From: Methanobacteriota archaeon
GTDB lineage: Archaea; Thermoplasmatota; Poseidoniia; Poseidoniales; Poseidoniaceae
Assembly: GCA_018659375.1 (NCBI GenBank)
Contig: JABJMO010000009.1
Location: forward strand, 36,320 to 100,319
Direction of reading: 5' to 3'
Length of the DNA stretch: 64,000 nucleotides
Shown here: positions 1-8,597 of the stretch, in pieces
Layout of the letters: every line of letters starts with the position of its first letter
How positions within the stretch are numbered: the first letter of the stretch is position 1
Program-made: the position numbers and the translations under genes
The notes under the pieces: generated by a model
What the model saw: the letters and a program-made list of their open reading frames with translations, nothing else
What the model was told of the DNA's origin: nothing
Database searches by the model: none

Positions 1-156
1 ATTAGCAGCAGGACTTGCAGCACCAGCGACATTTTGAGCATCCTGTCTCCTTTTCTCTTTTGCCCGTTCTGCTTGGCGTCGATTCCTCTCAGCAACTGCA
101 TTTGGTGCAAATGGGTTAAACGGGACATCCTTTCTACGCCTGTTACGACCATTCAT
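1..156 (-). CDS. Hypothetical protein, N-terminal part only (runs off window start)
   Basis: Open frame from ATG at 156 to the window edge: MNGRNRRRKDVPFNPFAPNAVAERNRRQAERAKEKRRQDAQ...; co-oriented just downstream of kae1. Confidence 0.55.
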   Translation of the reverse strand, partial: MNGRNRRRKDVPFNPFAPNAVAERNRRQAERAKEKRRQDAQNVAGAASPAAN

Positions 157-210
157 TGAATTTCCCTCATAATGGCCTCACAATAAGCCTCTTAAAACCA
201 TTGGCTACGA

Positions 211-1215
211 CTAAGCCCAAATAATTGGTGTCTGGTCAGTGCGCAGGTATTGATCAATGGCACTAGATTCAAACTCAGTAATCCTTCCTGCCCCAAGTTC
301 TAGCCATCCTAACATAGCAATCATAGTACCATTATCGATGCAGTACATTTTAGGTGGAGCAAAGGATAATGATTCTCTCTCAATGCACATTAAAGCACAC
401 ATTGTCCGCAATCTATCATTGCAAGCAACTCCGCCACCAAGTAACAATTCCGACTTTCCAGTATGAGCTAGCGCTCTTTCCGCTACCTCTACGCAAGCTG
501 AAAATACATGTTCTTGGAGACTCCAACATACCGCTTCTAATGGTTTGCCATTTTCCACTAGACGTAATGCGGCAGTAAGAACACCTGAGAATGCTAAATC
601 CATACCGCGCACGGCATATGGTAACTCTAAACCTTCCATGTTACATTCAGGATTTTCTGATAGCCAATTCGCTGCTAGTTTTTCTATCACCGGACCACCA
701 GGGAATGGTATCCCTTGAGCACGAGCAAATTTATCCAGCATGTTACCTATTCCTATATCGAGTGTTTCCCCTAACACTCTGTATTTTCCTTCCAATCTTG
801 CAATGACTTGGGTATTACCCCCTGATACATAAAGCAAGACTGGGTCATCACATCCACATTGTTGACGTCCAATTTCAATGTGGGCAACACAATGATTTAC
901 TCCAATTAATGGAGTGTTCAATTTGGCCGATAAACCCCTAGCAATAGCGGCACCGATGCGAAGACAAGGACCTAAACCGGGTCCTTGGGAATATGATACA
1001 GCAGAAATATCTTCTGTTGATAACTGATTGTTGTGTAGGAGATTTTTTAGCAGTTCAGCGGCACAATCTTTGTGATGGTCTGCAGCTTCTCTTGGGTGTA
1101 TGCCGCCTTTTACAGGCCTGATGGTAGCTGATGAGGACGGGAAGGGTATGCCATTTTCATCGACTAAACCAAACGACAATGTGTGGGCTGTTGACTCAAT
1201 TCCAAGTGTCCACAT
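211..1215 (-). CDS. kae1: tRNA N6-adenosine threonylcarbamoyltransferase Kae1/TsaD (stand-alone, not fused to Bud32)
   Basis: LGIESTAHT, GGIHPREAADHH, QGPGLGPCL, metal-binding HCVAHIE, SGGNTQ, DNGTMIA motifs. Confidence 0.96.
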   Translation of the reverse strand: MWTLGIESTAHTLSFGLVDENGIPFPSSSATIRPVKGGIHPREAADHHKDCAAELLKNLLHNNQLSTEDISAVSYSQGPGLGPCLRIGAAIARGLSAKLNTPLIGVNHCVAHIEIGRQQCGCDDPVLLYVSGGNTQVIARLEGKYRVLGETLDIGIGNMLDKFARAQGIPFPGGPVIEKLAANWLSENPECNMEGLELPYAVRGMDLAFSGVLTAALRLVENGKPLEAVCWSLQEHVFSACVEVAERALAHTGKSELLLGGGVACNDRLRTMCALMCIERESLSFAPPKMYCIDNGTMIAMLGWLELGAGRITEFESSAIDQYLRTDQTPIIWA

Positions 1216-1278
1216 GCTATCTCTCCAAACTCACCCACCAAGCCATTATTCTTGAACCCTCACCTACTGGAGTGATTT

Positions 1279-2541
1279 ATGAGGACCGTTCTAATCAATT
1301 GTGGACCAATAGTCCATGTCGATTCTAATGTTCCACTAACAGGCCAAGATATGCTGGATGATAAATGGATTTTTGCCAAAGGAAAAGCAATTGTTATAGA
1401 TGAATTGCAAATAAAAGATATCGATGATTCAGAAGAGATTCTTGACGATTATCAATCTCATGATTCCCGTGAAGTAACTATCATAGATGTTGATGGAAAC
1501 GCGATAATACCTGGATTAATCGATTCGCATACTCACATGGTTTGGGGTGGTGATCGCTCTCGTGAAGTAAGGTGGAAACAACAGGGGAATACCTATGCTG
1601 ACATAGCAAATATGGGTGGTGGCATAGTCTCTACGGTTAACTCAACAAGATCACTACGTGAATCCGATTTATTCTCTATCGCCAAACAAAGAATGATGCA
1701 GGCTTTAAAGAATGGAACCACACATATTGAAACTAAATCTGGTTATGGCTTGGATACTAAAACCGAGCTGAAATTGCTAAGAGTCGCTAAGCAGTTACGT
1801 GATGATAAAGACACTCCATCCGTCGATTCAACATGGTTAGGAGCGCATGCCATACCCGATAATCATACACTAGATAGTTACACTGAAGAACTAATAACAC
1901 AACAATTGCCAATTGTGGCTGAAGCACAATTAGCCCGTTCTGCCGATGTTTTTTGCGAACCTGGTTGGTTTGGTATCGATGAGTCAGAACAGATACTCGA
2001 AGCAGCAAAATCTTATGGCATGAATCTGAGAATGCATATCGACGAATTTTCTGATGGAAGTGGCGGGGAACTAGCAGCGAAACTCCGAGTAGATACCGCA
2101 GACCACGCACACTATACTAACGAGGAGAACCGTGATAAAATGACCAAAGCAGAAGTTAGCACTGGATTTTTACCAGGTACTCCTTATTCAATGGGTACAG
2201 ATTGGCCTGATTTCAATTCAATGATCGAAAACAACCACTTATGGACAATAGCTACGGACTTCAATCCAAATAATCAAATTTTAAGCATGCCGCTTGTTGC
2301 TTCTTGTATAGTACAGAGATGCAGAGTTGACCCATTGGCTGCCCTAATTGCTTCAACAGTTAATCCTTCATTTACCACTCCGCATCCAACGGCTATGCGG
2401 CATGGAGTTATTGCTACAGGAGCAGTGGCAAACTTGAATATTCTAAATTCAAAACATTGGGAGTCTTGGTGTTTGACCCCTGGCCATTCGCCAGTTTCTG
2501 CCAACATACTGAATGGACAATACAACAATTATGAATATTAA
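1279..2541 (+). CDS. hutI: Imidazolonepropionase
   Basis: PGLIDSHTH, GGGIVSTV, GTTHIETKSGYGL, DVFCE, HIDE, ATDFNP amidohydrolase motifs typical of HutI. Confidence 0.93.
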   Translation: MRTVLINCGPIVHVDSNVPLTGQDMLDDKWIFAKGKAIVIDELQIKDIDDSEEILDDYQSHDSREVTIIDVDGNAIIPGLIDSHTHMVWGGDRSREVRWKQQGNTYADIANMGGGIVSTVNSTRSLRESDLFSIAKQRMMQALKNGTTHIETKSGYGLDTKTELKLLRVAKQLRDDKDTPSVDSTWLGAHAIPDNHTLDSYTEELITQQLPIVAEAQLARSADVFCEPGWFGIDESEQILEAAKSYGMNLRMHIDEFSDGSGGELAAKLRVDTADHAHYTNEENRDKMTKAEVSTGFLPGTPYSMGTDWPDFNSMIENNHLWTIATDFNPNNQILSMPLVASCIVQRCRVDPLAALIASTVNPSFTTPHPTAMRHGVIATGAVANLNILNSKHWESWCLTPGHSPVSANILNGQYNNYEY

Positions 2542-2595
2542 TTAAATGCTTTCAAATAGGCAACAAATGCAAATACTCCAACAAAAAAAGATTAG

Positions 2596-2922
2596 GTGAT
2601 TTTCATGCAATATTTAGAAACAGTAGTATGTCAAGCAAAAGAAGGTAAAGAAGCTAGGTTTGAAAGAATGGTGAAATCTAGAGTTGAATTGGCTAAGCGA
2701 CAAAACGGATGCATCAATTCTTGGTATGGTAAATCTAGTAGTGATGAATTCTTATTTCTTATACAGACTCTTTATGAAAACTTAGAATCATTCCATATCG
2801 TGAAGAAAACCGTTGATAACACACTTGATCCAAAAGATGGTGGTCTAGAATCGTGTTTAGCAGGCCCACCTTTACTTGGTTTGTTTGAAGTAACTCCAGA
2901 CTCACTAAATATGTCAAAATAA
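2596..2922 (+). CDS. Antibiotic biosynthesis monooxygenase (ABM)-like dimeric alpha/beta barrel protein
   Basis: About 105 aa, pattern AKEGKEARF...RQNGCI...LYENLESF resembling ABM family; ATG at 2605 is an alternative start. Confidence 0.6.
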   Translation: MIFMQYLETVVCQAKEGKEARFERMVKSRVELAKRQNGCINSWYGKSSSDEFLFLIQTLYENLESFHIVKKTVDNTLDPKDGGLESCLAGPPLLGLFEVTPDSLNMSK

Positions 2923-2931
2923 CCATGCTAG

Positions 2932-2967
2932 TGGCGTCGTATAATCAATGTTATACGACATTTGCCA
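2932..2967. repeat. Inverted repeat/hairpin downstream of ABM gene (terminator or operator candidate)
   Basis: GTCGTATAA (2936-2944) pairs perfectly with TTATACGAC (2951-2959); outer TGGC/GCCA extends the stem across a 4-nt bulge. Confidence 0.45.
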
Positions 2968-3186
2968 AATCTCTGAATTCTAAGCAACCTATATTATTGG
3001 CCGAAATGAGTCGCAGCAACCCATCTAGCTAGTCATATTAAAATAAATTAGTTCAAAGATATGCTATTTCAACCAATTTACCCCCCACTTGTAGTGGGAA
3101 AATGATAATTATGATGAATTAGTAATAGATTCAGATTCTCAATGGAATAATTCATAGTTATTCACTAACTGGAAATGTTGAGTCGA

Positions 3187-3339
3187 ATGTCTGAAGTATC
3201 TGGTTTTTGTTTGAAATGTAAAAATTATGGCCCAATAAGTAACGGGAAATTGATCAAGATGTCAAATGGCCGCACTAGGATGGCAGGTACATGTTCCAAA
3301 GAAGGGTGTACGGGAAAGATTTCTAAAATTGTAAGTTGA
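3187..3339 (+). CDS. Small basic zinc-ribbon protein, DUF5679-like (50 aa, absent from ORF track)
   Basis: Own translation: MSEVSGFCLKCKNYGPISNGKLIKMSNGRTRMAGTCSKEGCTGKISKIVS*; CxxC...MxNGR...GxC..C pattern; alternative ATG at 3175. Confidence 0.75.
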   Translation: MSEVSGFCLKCKNYGPISNGKLIKMSNGRTRMAGTCSKEGCTGKISKIVS

Positions 3340-3355
3340 AATTAAACCGATGCGA

Positions 3356-3362
3356 TTTAATA
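3356..3362 (+). promoter_or_regulatory. Candidate TATA box of tRNA-Val
   Basis: TTTAATA ending 25 nt upstream of the tRNA 5' end, the spacing expected for an archaeal TATA box. Confidence 0.5.
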
Positions 3363-3386
3363 CACCGGTTTGTTCGGTTTGCTTGC

Positions 3387-3462
3387 GGGCTCGTGGTCTA
3401 GGGGTTATGACGTCGCCTTGACATGGCGAAGATCGAGAGTTCAATTCTCTCCGAGCCCACCA
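3387..3462 (+). tRNA. tRNA-Val(GAC), intronless, CCA encoded
   Basis: Acceptor GGGCTCG/CGAGCCC, anticodon arm TCGCC-TTGACAT-GGCGA, T arm GAGAG-TTCAATT-CTCTC, 3' ACCA. Confidence 0.96.
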
Positions 3463-3533
3463 ATGAAAAACATTTATCAAGTTATGCATAACTAAATATA
3501 TTATTCGTTTTTTGGGAAGACAATAACTGTAAA

Positions 3534-3887
3534 TCATAACTCTTCCGGATTCGGAATTTTGCCGTCAGATAATTTTACCGGTGTCTTTTCCCCATCATCC
3601 GAAAATGAAAAGTCTGTAGAACCGCCGTCCCATTTTTTTACGTCTTCAGTTTGTTCAAAGGATTCTTCAATTATTTTCTGATTTGGCCCTATTGAATATG
3701 CCATAGGATTCACTATCTGTTCGATTACTTCACGCTGTTCAGCAGGCGGCACTTCTCTATTAACTAAGTGCGCGGTAGAATGGAATGCTCCACATCCAAC
3801 GCACCTAAAAGAACCAACATTATCGACACATCCGCATGATGGGCAAATAGCTTTACCGGCGAATAATCTCAAACTATCTTTAGACAT
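3534..3887 (-). CDS. Hypothetical zinc-finger protein
   Basis: CPSC-x9-CVGC near N-terminus; ATG at 3887 lies 1 nt after the stop of the EF-hand gene (coupling). Confidence 0.75.
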   Translation of the reverse strand: MSKDSLRLFAGKAICPSCGCVDNVGSFRCVGCGAFHSTAHLVNREVPPAEQREVIEQIVNPMAYSIGPNQKIIEESFEQTEDVKKWDGGSTDFSFSDDGEKTPVKLSDGKIPNPEEL

Positions 3888-3888
3888 T

Positions 3889-6072
3889 TCAATCATCTAG
3901 GAACATATCATCTTGGTAGCCAGTAACCAAGTCACCTGAGCCATCTTCTTCTATAGTTACTAAACCTTCTTCATCATCAAACTCGATGATTGTACCGAAC
4001 ACTTCTTCATCCTCTAATACCAATCCGATATATGATCCAATATCGATTCCATCTTCTTCCTCTTCTTCCAATTCTTCGGGTTTTTCATCATCTGGGGTTT
4101 CAGTTGCTTCAACTGAATCAGTTGCTTCATCGTCCGTACTGTCTTCTGTTTCATCTATCTCAGGCTCATTTTCATCTGCGATTGCCGTTTTAACTTCGCT
4201 TCTATCAGTTGAGTTATCTTTCATGGCGCGAGCTCGAGCCCTCCATCCAGGGACCATAGAAAGTTGCAAAAACAAACTACTCATCAAGCCTATGGTTCCT
4301 AGAACTATGAATAAAATACCATCCCAGTAAAATCCTGCTGGCATAGATATTTCTCCTCCTTCTGCTGCAAGTGGTGCTAATGAATTCTTACAACCGTCAA
4401 TTTGTATACTCTCGTCACATGGATAAGCATCACCATCAAAGTACGTTGTTCCATCAGCGGTAGTTGTTGCGCCAAATTCAGAATCCATTTCTACTATACC
4501 TCCTGTGCCGTCGACAAATGGTGCCAATGTGGCATTAACTGCCCACAAGATGATGAAGAAGACAAACGCTGAATGAACTAAAGGCCAAACAACATCTTTC
4601 CACTTCTTAGACATCATGCGTTTCTGCCACTTTGTTGGGAATTCCTTCTTGTCGGATAATGAGGCTGCATGATCGACTTCTTCGTCTTCGTGTTTTTCAA
4701 TGGTTCCAACAAACTCGATCATATCTACAAAACCGTCATCATCTTCGTCAAACATGTCCATCAATTCATCAATTAATTCAGGCGTTATATCGTCATCTAA
4801 TTCCTTGTGTAATGTCAGACTAAGCTCTTCTTTGCTAACTTTATTATCTCCATCAATATCTAAGCTATTGAACAGCGCAGAAGGGGTATAATCTGCTTCA
4901 TCCATGTAATTGATTAGCAATTGGAATCCTGAATTAGATTCTTCTACTAAATCAGATTCCATATCAATGTCCATCGATTCTATAATTTCAATTAGTTCAA
5001 AAGCATCAATTCTACCATTGGAATCTTCATCAATTAGTGATATGATCTCAAAAACCTCTGAAGGTGAAAGGGAGTCACCGCAGATTTCGACAATGCCTTT
5101 CTGTAACTCAGGACCAGTAATCATGCCGTCCTCATCGCTATCAATCGATTCAAACATAGACCTAATTGTCATGTCTAACCCGGCAGCTGTTAAGACTAGT
5201 TTGTTAAGATTTTCAAGAGCAGAATCTGGATTCACTTCTTCGATGATTTCCTCAGTCTCTGAACTTTCTTGCTCTATAATTTCCTCTTCATCTTCTTCTA
5301 AATCTATAGTAGGTTCATTGGTAGAATCATTATCTTCAGATAATTGTTCCTCGCCTGTGTCATCCTCGACAACTTCTTCACTTTCTGAAGTTGACTGAGA
5401 TATCTGTTTTGCGTAATCGATTGCTGCCTTTTTGATTTCTGATTCTGTAAGATAATCATTATTATTTGCATCATAGGATTGTGCAAATTCCAAAAATTCG
5501 GATTTATTTTCGATAGCATATTTCTCAACAATTCTATCTAATACATTTTCAGAATAATCTTTAGCAGTTTCATTGGATTCCAAGACTTCTTTTGATGTTG
5601 GTTCACTGAAGGGTTTTTGCTCTCCTGTAATTGAAAAGACTAGTTCTTCTAGGCTAATAACTCCATCTGAGTCAGTGTCAACTTCGTTAATCAAACGATC
5701 TACTTGAGAAGGTGGCAAATCAGCCAAATTCATTTTCAGTAAACCTTTACGTAATTCCTCAGCGTCTATTGAACCATCTGAATCAGAGTCGAACTTTTCA
5801 AACAGTTTTTGTGCTTCTATGCCCGTATTATTAAACCAATCACGTAGAACATCTAATACATCATCTGCTACAAAATATACACCACAATCCGGACACATCT
5901 TAGAATCTATTGGGACTAATGAATTGCAAGCACCACATTCTCCTAGAGATGCTTCTGAAACTCCTGATATCTTGATACCGCATTCACTACATTCTTTTGA
6001 ATCAAGAGGGATTATTGCCCTGCATGAACCACATTCAGCCATTGGAGTTTCTTTTTCTGCACCGTCGGACAT
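3889..6072 (-). CDS. Double-zinc-ribbon, multi-EF-hand, two-TM membrane protein
   Basis: Four CxxC; EF loops DSDSDGSIDAEE, DTDSDGVISLEE, DANNNDYLTESE, DSDEDGMITGPE, DEDSNGRIDAFE, DIDGDNKVSKEE, DEDDDGFVDMIE; two hydrophobic helices; start moved to MSDGAEK (6072). Confidence 0.85.
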   Translation of the reverse strand: MSDGAEKETPMAECGSCRAIIPLDSKECSECGIKISGVSEASLGECGACNSLVPIDSKMCPDCGVYFVADDVLDVLRDWFNNTGIEAQKLFEKFDSDSDGSIDAEELRKGLLKMNLADLPPSQVDRLINEVDTDSDGVISLEELVFSITGEQKPFSEPTSKEVLESNETAKDYSENVLDRIVEKYAIENKSEFLEFAQSYDANNNDYLTESEIKKAAIDYAKQISQSTSESEEVVEDDTGEEQLSEDNDSTNEPTIDLEEDEEEIIEQESSETEEIIEEVNPDSALENLNKLVLTAAGLDMTIRSMFESIDSDEDGMITGPELQKGIVEICGDSLSPSEVFEIISLIDEDSNGRIDAFELIEIIESMDIDMESDLVEESNSGFQLLINYMDEADYTPSALFNSLDIDGDNKVSKEELSLTLHKELDDDITPELIDELMDMFDEDDDGFVDMIEFVGTIEKHEDEEVDHAASLSDKKEFPTKWQKRMMSKKWKDVVWPLVHSAFVFFIILWAVNATLAPFVDGTGGIVEMDSEFGATTTADGTTYFDGDAYPCDESIQIDGCKNSLAPLAAEGGEISMPAGFYWDGILFIVLGTIGLMSSLFLQLSMVPGWRARARAMKDNSTDRSEVKTAIADENEPEIDETEDSTDDEATDSVEATETPDDEKPEELEEEEEDGIDIGSYIGLVLEDEEVFGTIIEFDDEEGLVTIEEDGSGDLVTGYQDDMFLDD

Positions 6073-6163
6073 TGTCACACCCATTTGCCGGATTACTACC
6101 CATGATATAATGATTAACGGGTAATTTATGCTCAAATGTATATATGACTAGCCTTATTGGTTA

Positions 6164-7057
6164 TTGAGTCTCATGTTACAGGTCGGCGGCAATCGCGCAT
6201 ATCTTTATGAAACTCAAACATATTCTGAACTGTTTTCAGATATCGAGTTTATGATTGAGAAAAATCCTGAGAGTAAATTCACACTAATAACTAGAATACC
6301 ATCTAGGCGTTTGCTAGAGCAGCTTGATCTTAATGGTTTAGACACGTATTGGATGACTGAGAGTAATGGTAGTAATTCGGTAAAGCCATCAATATCATCG
6401 ATATTGGCAATTATGGAACAGAATATGGATAAATCTAACGAACAAGTAATAGTAATAGAGGGGTTAGAATTTGTTGGCGATAAGATTGGTTCAAACCAAC
6501 TTTTATCTGAAATAACTATGCTTGTAGATAAATTATCTATCTATAATTATTCATGTATTTTATGCTTAGATTTATTGGCAATGCCGGCAAAAATAGCGAC
6601 TAAGATAAAATATATCTTAGATTACCTTGAGCTGTCAGATGAAACAACTAGTTCAACAATATATGAGGAAGAAGATGACATTAAACCAAGTATTTCTCCT
6701 GGTGAAAAAATGGAATATGAACTGGGCAAAGATGGCAACCCGCGATTAGTATATTTGTCTAAATTACCGCGTATTGGATTTTCCAACAACATACTAGTCA
6801 AGCGAATATTACAATGGCGACGGATGGGCTTAGATGTATCTGAAATAGAACCTGCGTTGAATTATCAAGAAGATAAAGCATATCAGTTATACAAGTCTGT
6901 AGAAGAAAAGGTTAGACGGGCAGTTGACCTAGACCGCTTTATTAATTCCAATTCTAGTTCGATTAGTGCGTCAGATTTAGCGACCGACATTTTTAGTCTG
7001 AGGCAGTTAACAAGTCTAGAACAACTAGAAAAGAAATACTATCAATCAACGGATTAG
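6164..7057 (+). CDS. DUF835-domain protein with helical C-terminal extension
   Basis: LITRIP...YWMTE...VIVIEGLEF pattern typical of DUF835 (degenerate RecA/KaiC-like fold); C-terminal ILQWRRMGLDVSEIE. Confidence 0.6.
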   Translation: MSLMLQVGGNRAYLYETQTYSELFSDIEFMIEKNPESKFTLITRIPSRRLLEQLDLNGLDTYWMTESNGSNSVKPSISSILAIMEQNMDKSNEQVIVIEGLEFVGDKIGSNQLLSEITMLVDKLSIYNYSCILCLDLLAMPAKIATKIKYILDYLELSDETTSSTIYEEEDDIKPSISPGEKMEYELGKDGNPRLVYLSKLPRIGFSNNILVKRILQWRRMGLDVSEIEPALNYQEDKAYQLYKSVEEKVRRAVDLDRFINSNSSSISASDLATDIFSLRQLTSLEQLEKKYYQSTD

Positions 7058-8593
7058 GCGCTCGTTTTCAGCTTCAATCCGAGATAGCCAGGCCCCGTCT
7101 CGCAATATTTTAGCAATAGATAGTAATTCATCACTAGTTGAACGATCTTTTGTTAGTTTCGGAGAGATAGTACGTACTAACTTATGCAGTGATTTGACAA
7201 TGGGTGCCGGAGCTAAGGTATTATGTTCAAGTGCTTGACATGCAATCATTAATTCACATGCTAGAACTTCTGATAGTCTAATAGATGATTGATAAAGGTT
7301 CCAACATGCTGTTGCACCCATGCTCACATGGTCTTCTTGTCCTGCAGATGTACTAGTGGAAAATGAGGTACGCGGAGCGGCGTGGCCATGCATCTCCGAA
7401 AGGGATGAGCCGGCACTGTATTGTACAATCATCATACCTGATTCCAAACCACTATTAGTGGCTAAAAATGGTGGTAAACCGCTCTTTTTGGAATCGAGCA
7501 ATTGATCCATACGCCGCTCTGATATTGAACCTAATTCAAATAATGCTAGTGACATTCGATCTGCACAAAGTGCTAAGATTTCCCCATGGAAATTACCTTG
7601 CGAGATGATAGTTGCTTGATAATCGGTAGTTTCAGGAAATACTAATGGGTTATCAGTCGTGCTATTAAGTTCAACTTGGATAGTTTCTCTCATGCTGATT
7701 AAGGCTTCATATACTGCCCCATGTACTTGTGGTGCGCATCTAAACGAGTATGGGTCTTGAACCTTCGAGCAATTTTTGTGGCCAGATAAGATTTCCGAAT
7801 CCTGCATTATTTGTCTTATCCTAGATGAAACCAATACTTGGCCAGGATGCGGTCTTGCGGCATGCACGCGTGCATCAGCCGGACTAATACTGCCTTGAAA
7901 TGCTTCAAGGGAGGTACAATAAATTACATCGGATATCGTCAATAGATTATTAAGAATTTGAAGAGATAGAATCGAGTAACTAAGCATTTGGCTAGTCCCA
8001 TTAATTAGGGACAAACCATCTTTCGCAGATAATTCCACGGGGATTAAGCCTTTTTCTAATAACATATCTTTAGTTGGAATTCTATCTCCATTATCGTTGA
8101 CGACTGAACCTTCACCAATTAATGTGATAGCCATGTGTGAGAGAGGTGCTAAATCACCACTTGCCCCCAAACTACCTATGCGTGGAATATATGGCGTCAC
8201 ATCATGGTTGACATAATCGATTAATTGCTGAACTACATTAGGATGGACCCCTGAAAAACCTTTGGCAAATGAATTAATTCTGGCGACCATCATTATTTTC
8301 ACGGCCGATCTAGACATTGGTTCTCCCAAACCAGTAGCATGAGACCTTATCAGATTTATTTGTAAATCTTGTAACTTTTCACTCGAAATATTAGTATCTA
8401 CTAATGAACCAAAGCCTGTATTTATGCCATAAACTACTTCGCCAGACTGCAATATGTCTTCTACTACTTTTCGAGATTTGACAATCCGATTCCAAGAATC
8501 ATCTGATAAATTAATTTCTAGACTATCTGTTGCGACTGCATATACTTCAGCTGGCGATAATGTATTACCATCTAATTGTATAACCGACGCCAT
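7046..8593 (-). CDS. hutH: Histidine ammonia-lyase
   Basis: VYGINTGFG, MIO-forming GSLGASGDLAPL, QDPYSFRCAPQVHG, GNFHGE, QEDHVSMG. Confidence 0.96.
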   Translation of the reverse strand: MASVIQLDGNTLSPAEVYAVATDSLEINLSDDSWNRIVKSRKVVEDILQSGEVVYGINTGFGSLVDTNISSEKLQDLQINLIRSHATGLGEPMSRSAVKIMMVARINSFAKGFSGVHPNVVQQLIDYVNHDVTPYIPRIGSLGASGDLAPLSHMAITLIGEGSVVNDNGDRIPTKDMLLEKGLIPVELSAKDGLSLINGTSQMLSYSILSLQILNNLLTISDVIYCTSLEAFQGSISPADARVHAARPHPGQVLVSSRIRQIMQDSEILSGHKNCSKVQDPYSFRCAPQVHGAVYEALISMRETIQVELNSTTDNPLVFPETTDYQATIISQGNFHGEILALCADRMSLALFELGSISERRMDQLLDSKKSGLPPFLATNSGLESGMMIVQYSAGSSLSEMHGHAAPRTSFSTSTSAGQEDHVSMGATACWNLYQSSIRLSEVLACELMIACQALEHNTLAPAPIVKSLHKLVRTISPKLTKDRSTSDELLSIAKILRDGAWLSRIEAENERLIR

Positions 8594-8597
8594 TAAA

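Noticed and set aside
3387-3462. tRNA as integration site of a mobile island
   Set aside because: No integrase and no duplicated tRNA 3' end spotted in the window
3262-3537. 91-aa minus-strand ORF
   Set aside because: Antisense to tRNA-Val and the DUF5679-like gene
3986-6124. Several Ser-rich plus-strand ORFs (e.g. 4910-5398)
   Set aside because: Antisense shadows of the Asp/Glu-rich EF-hand gene
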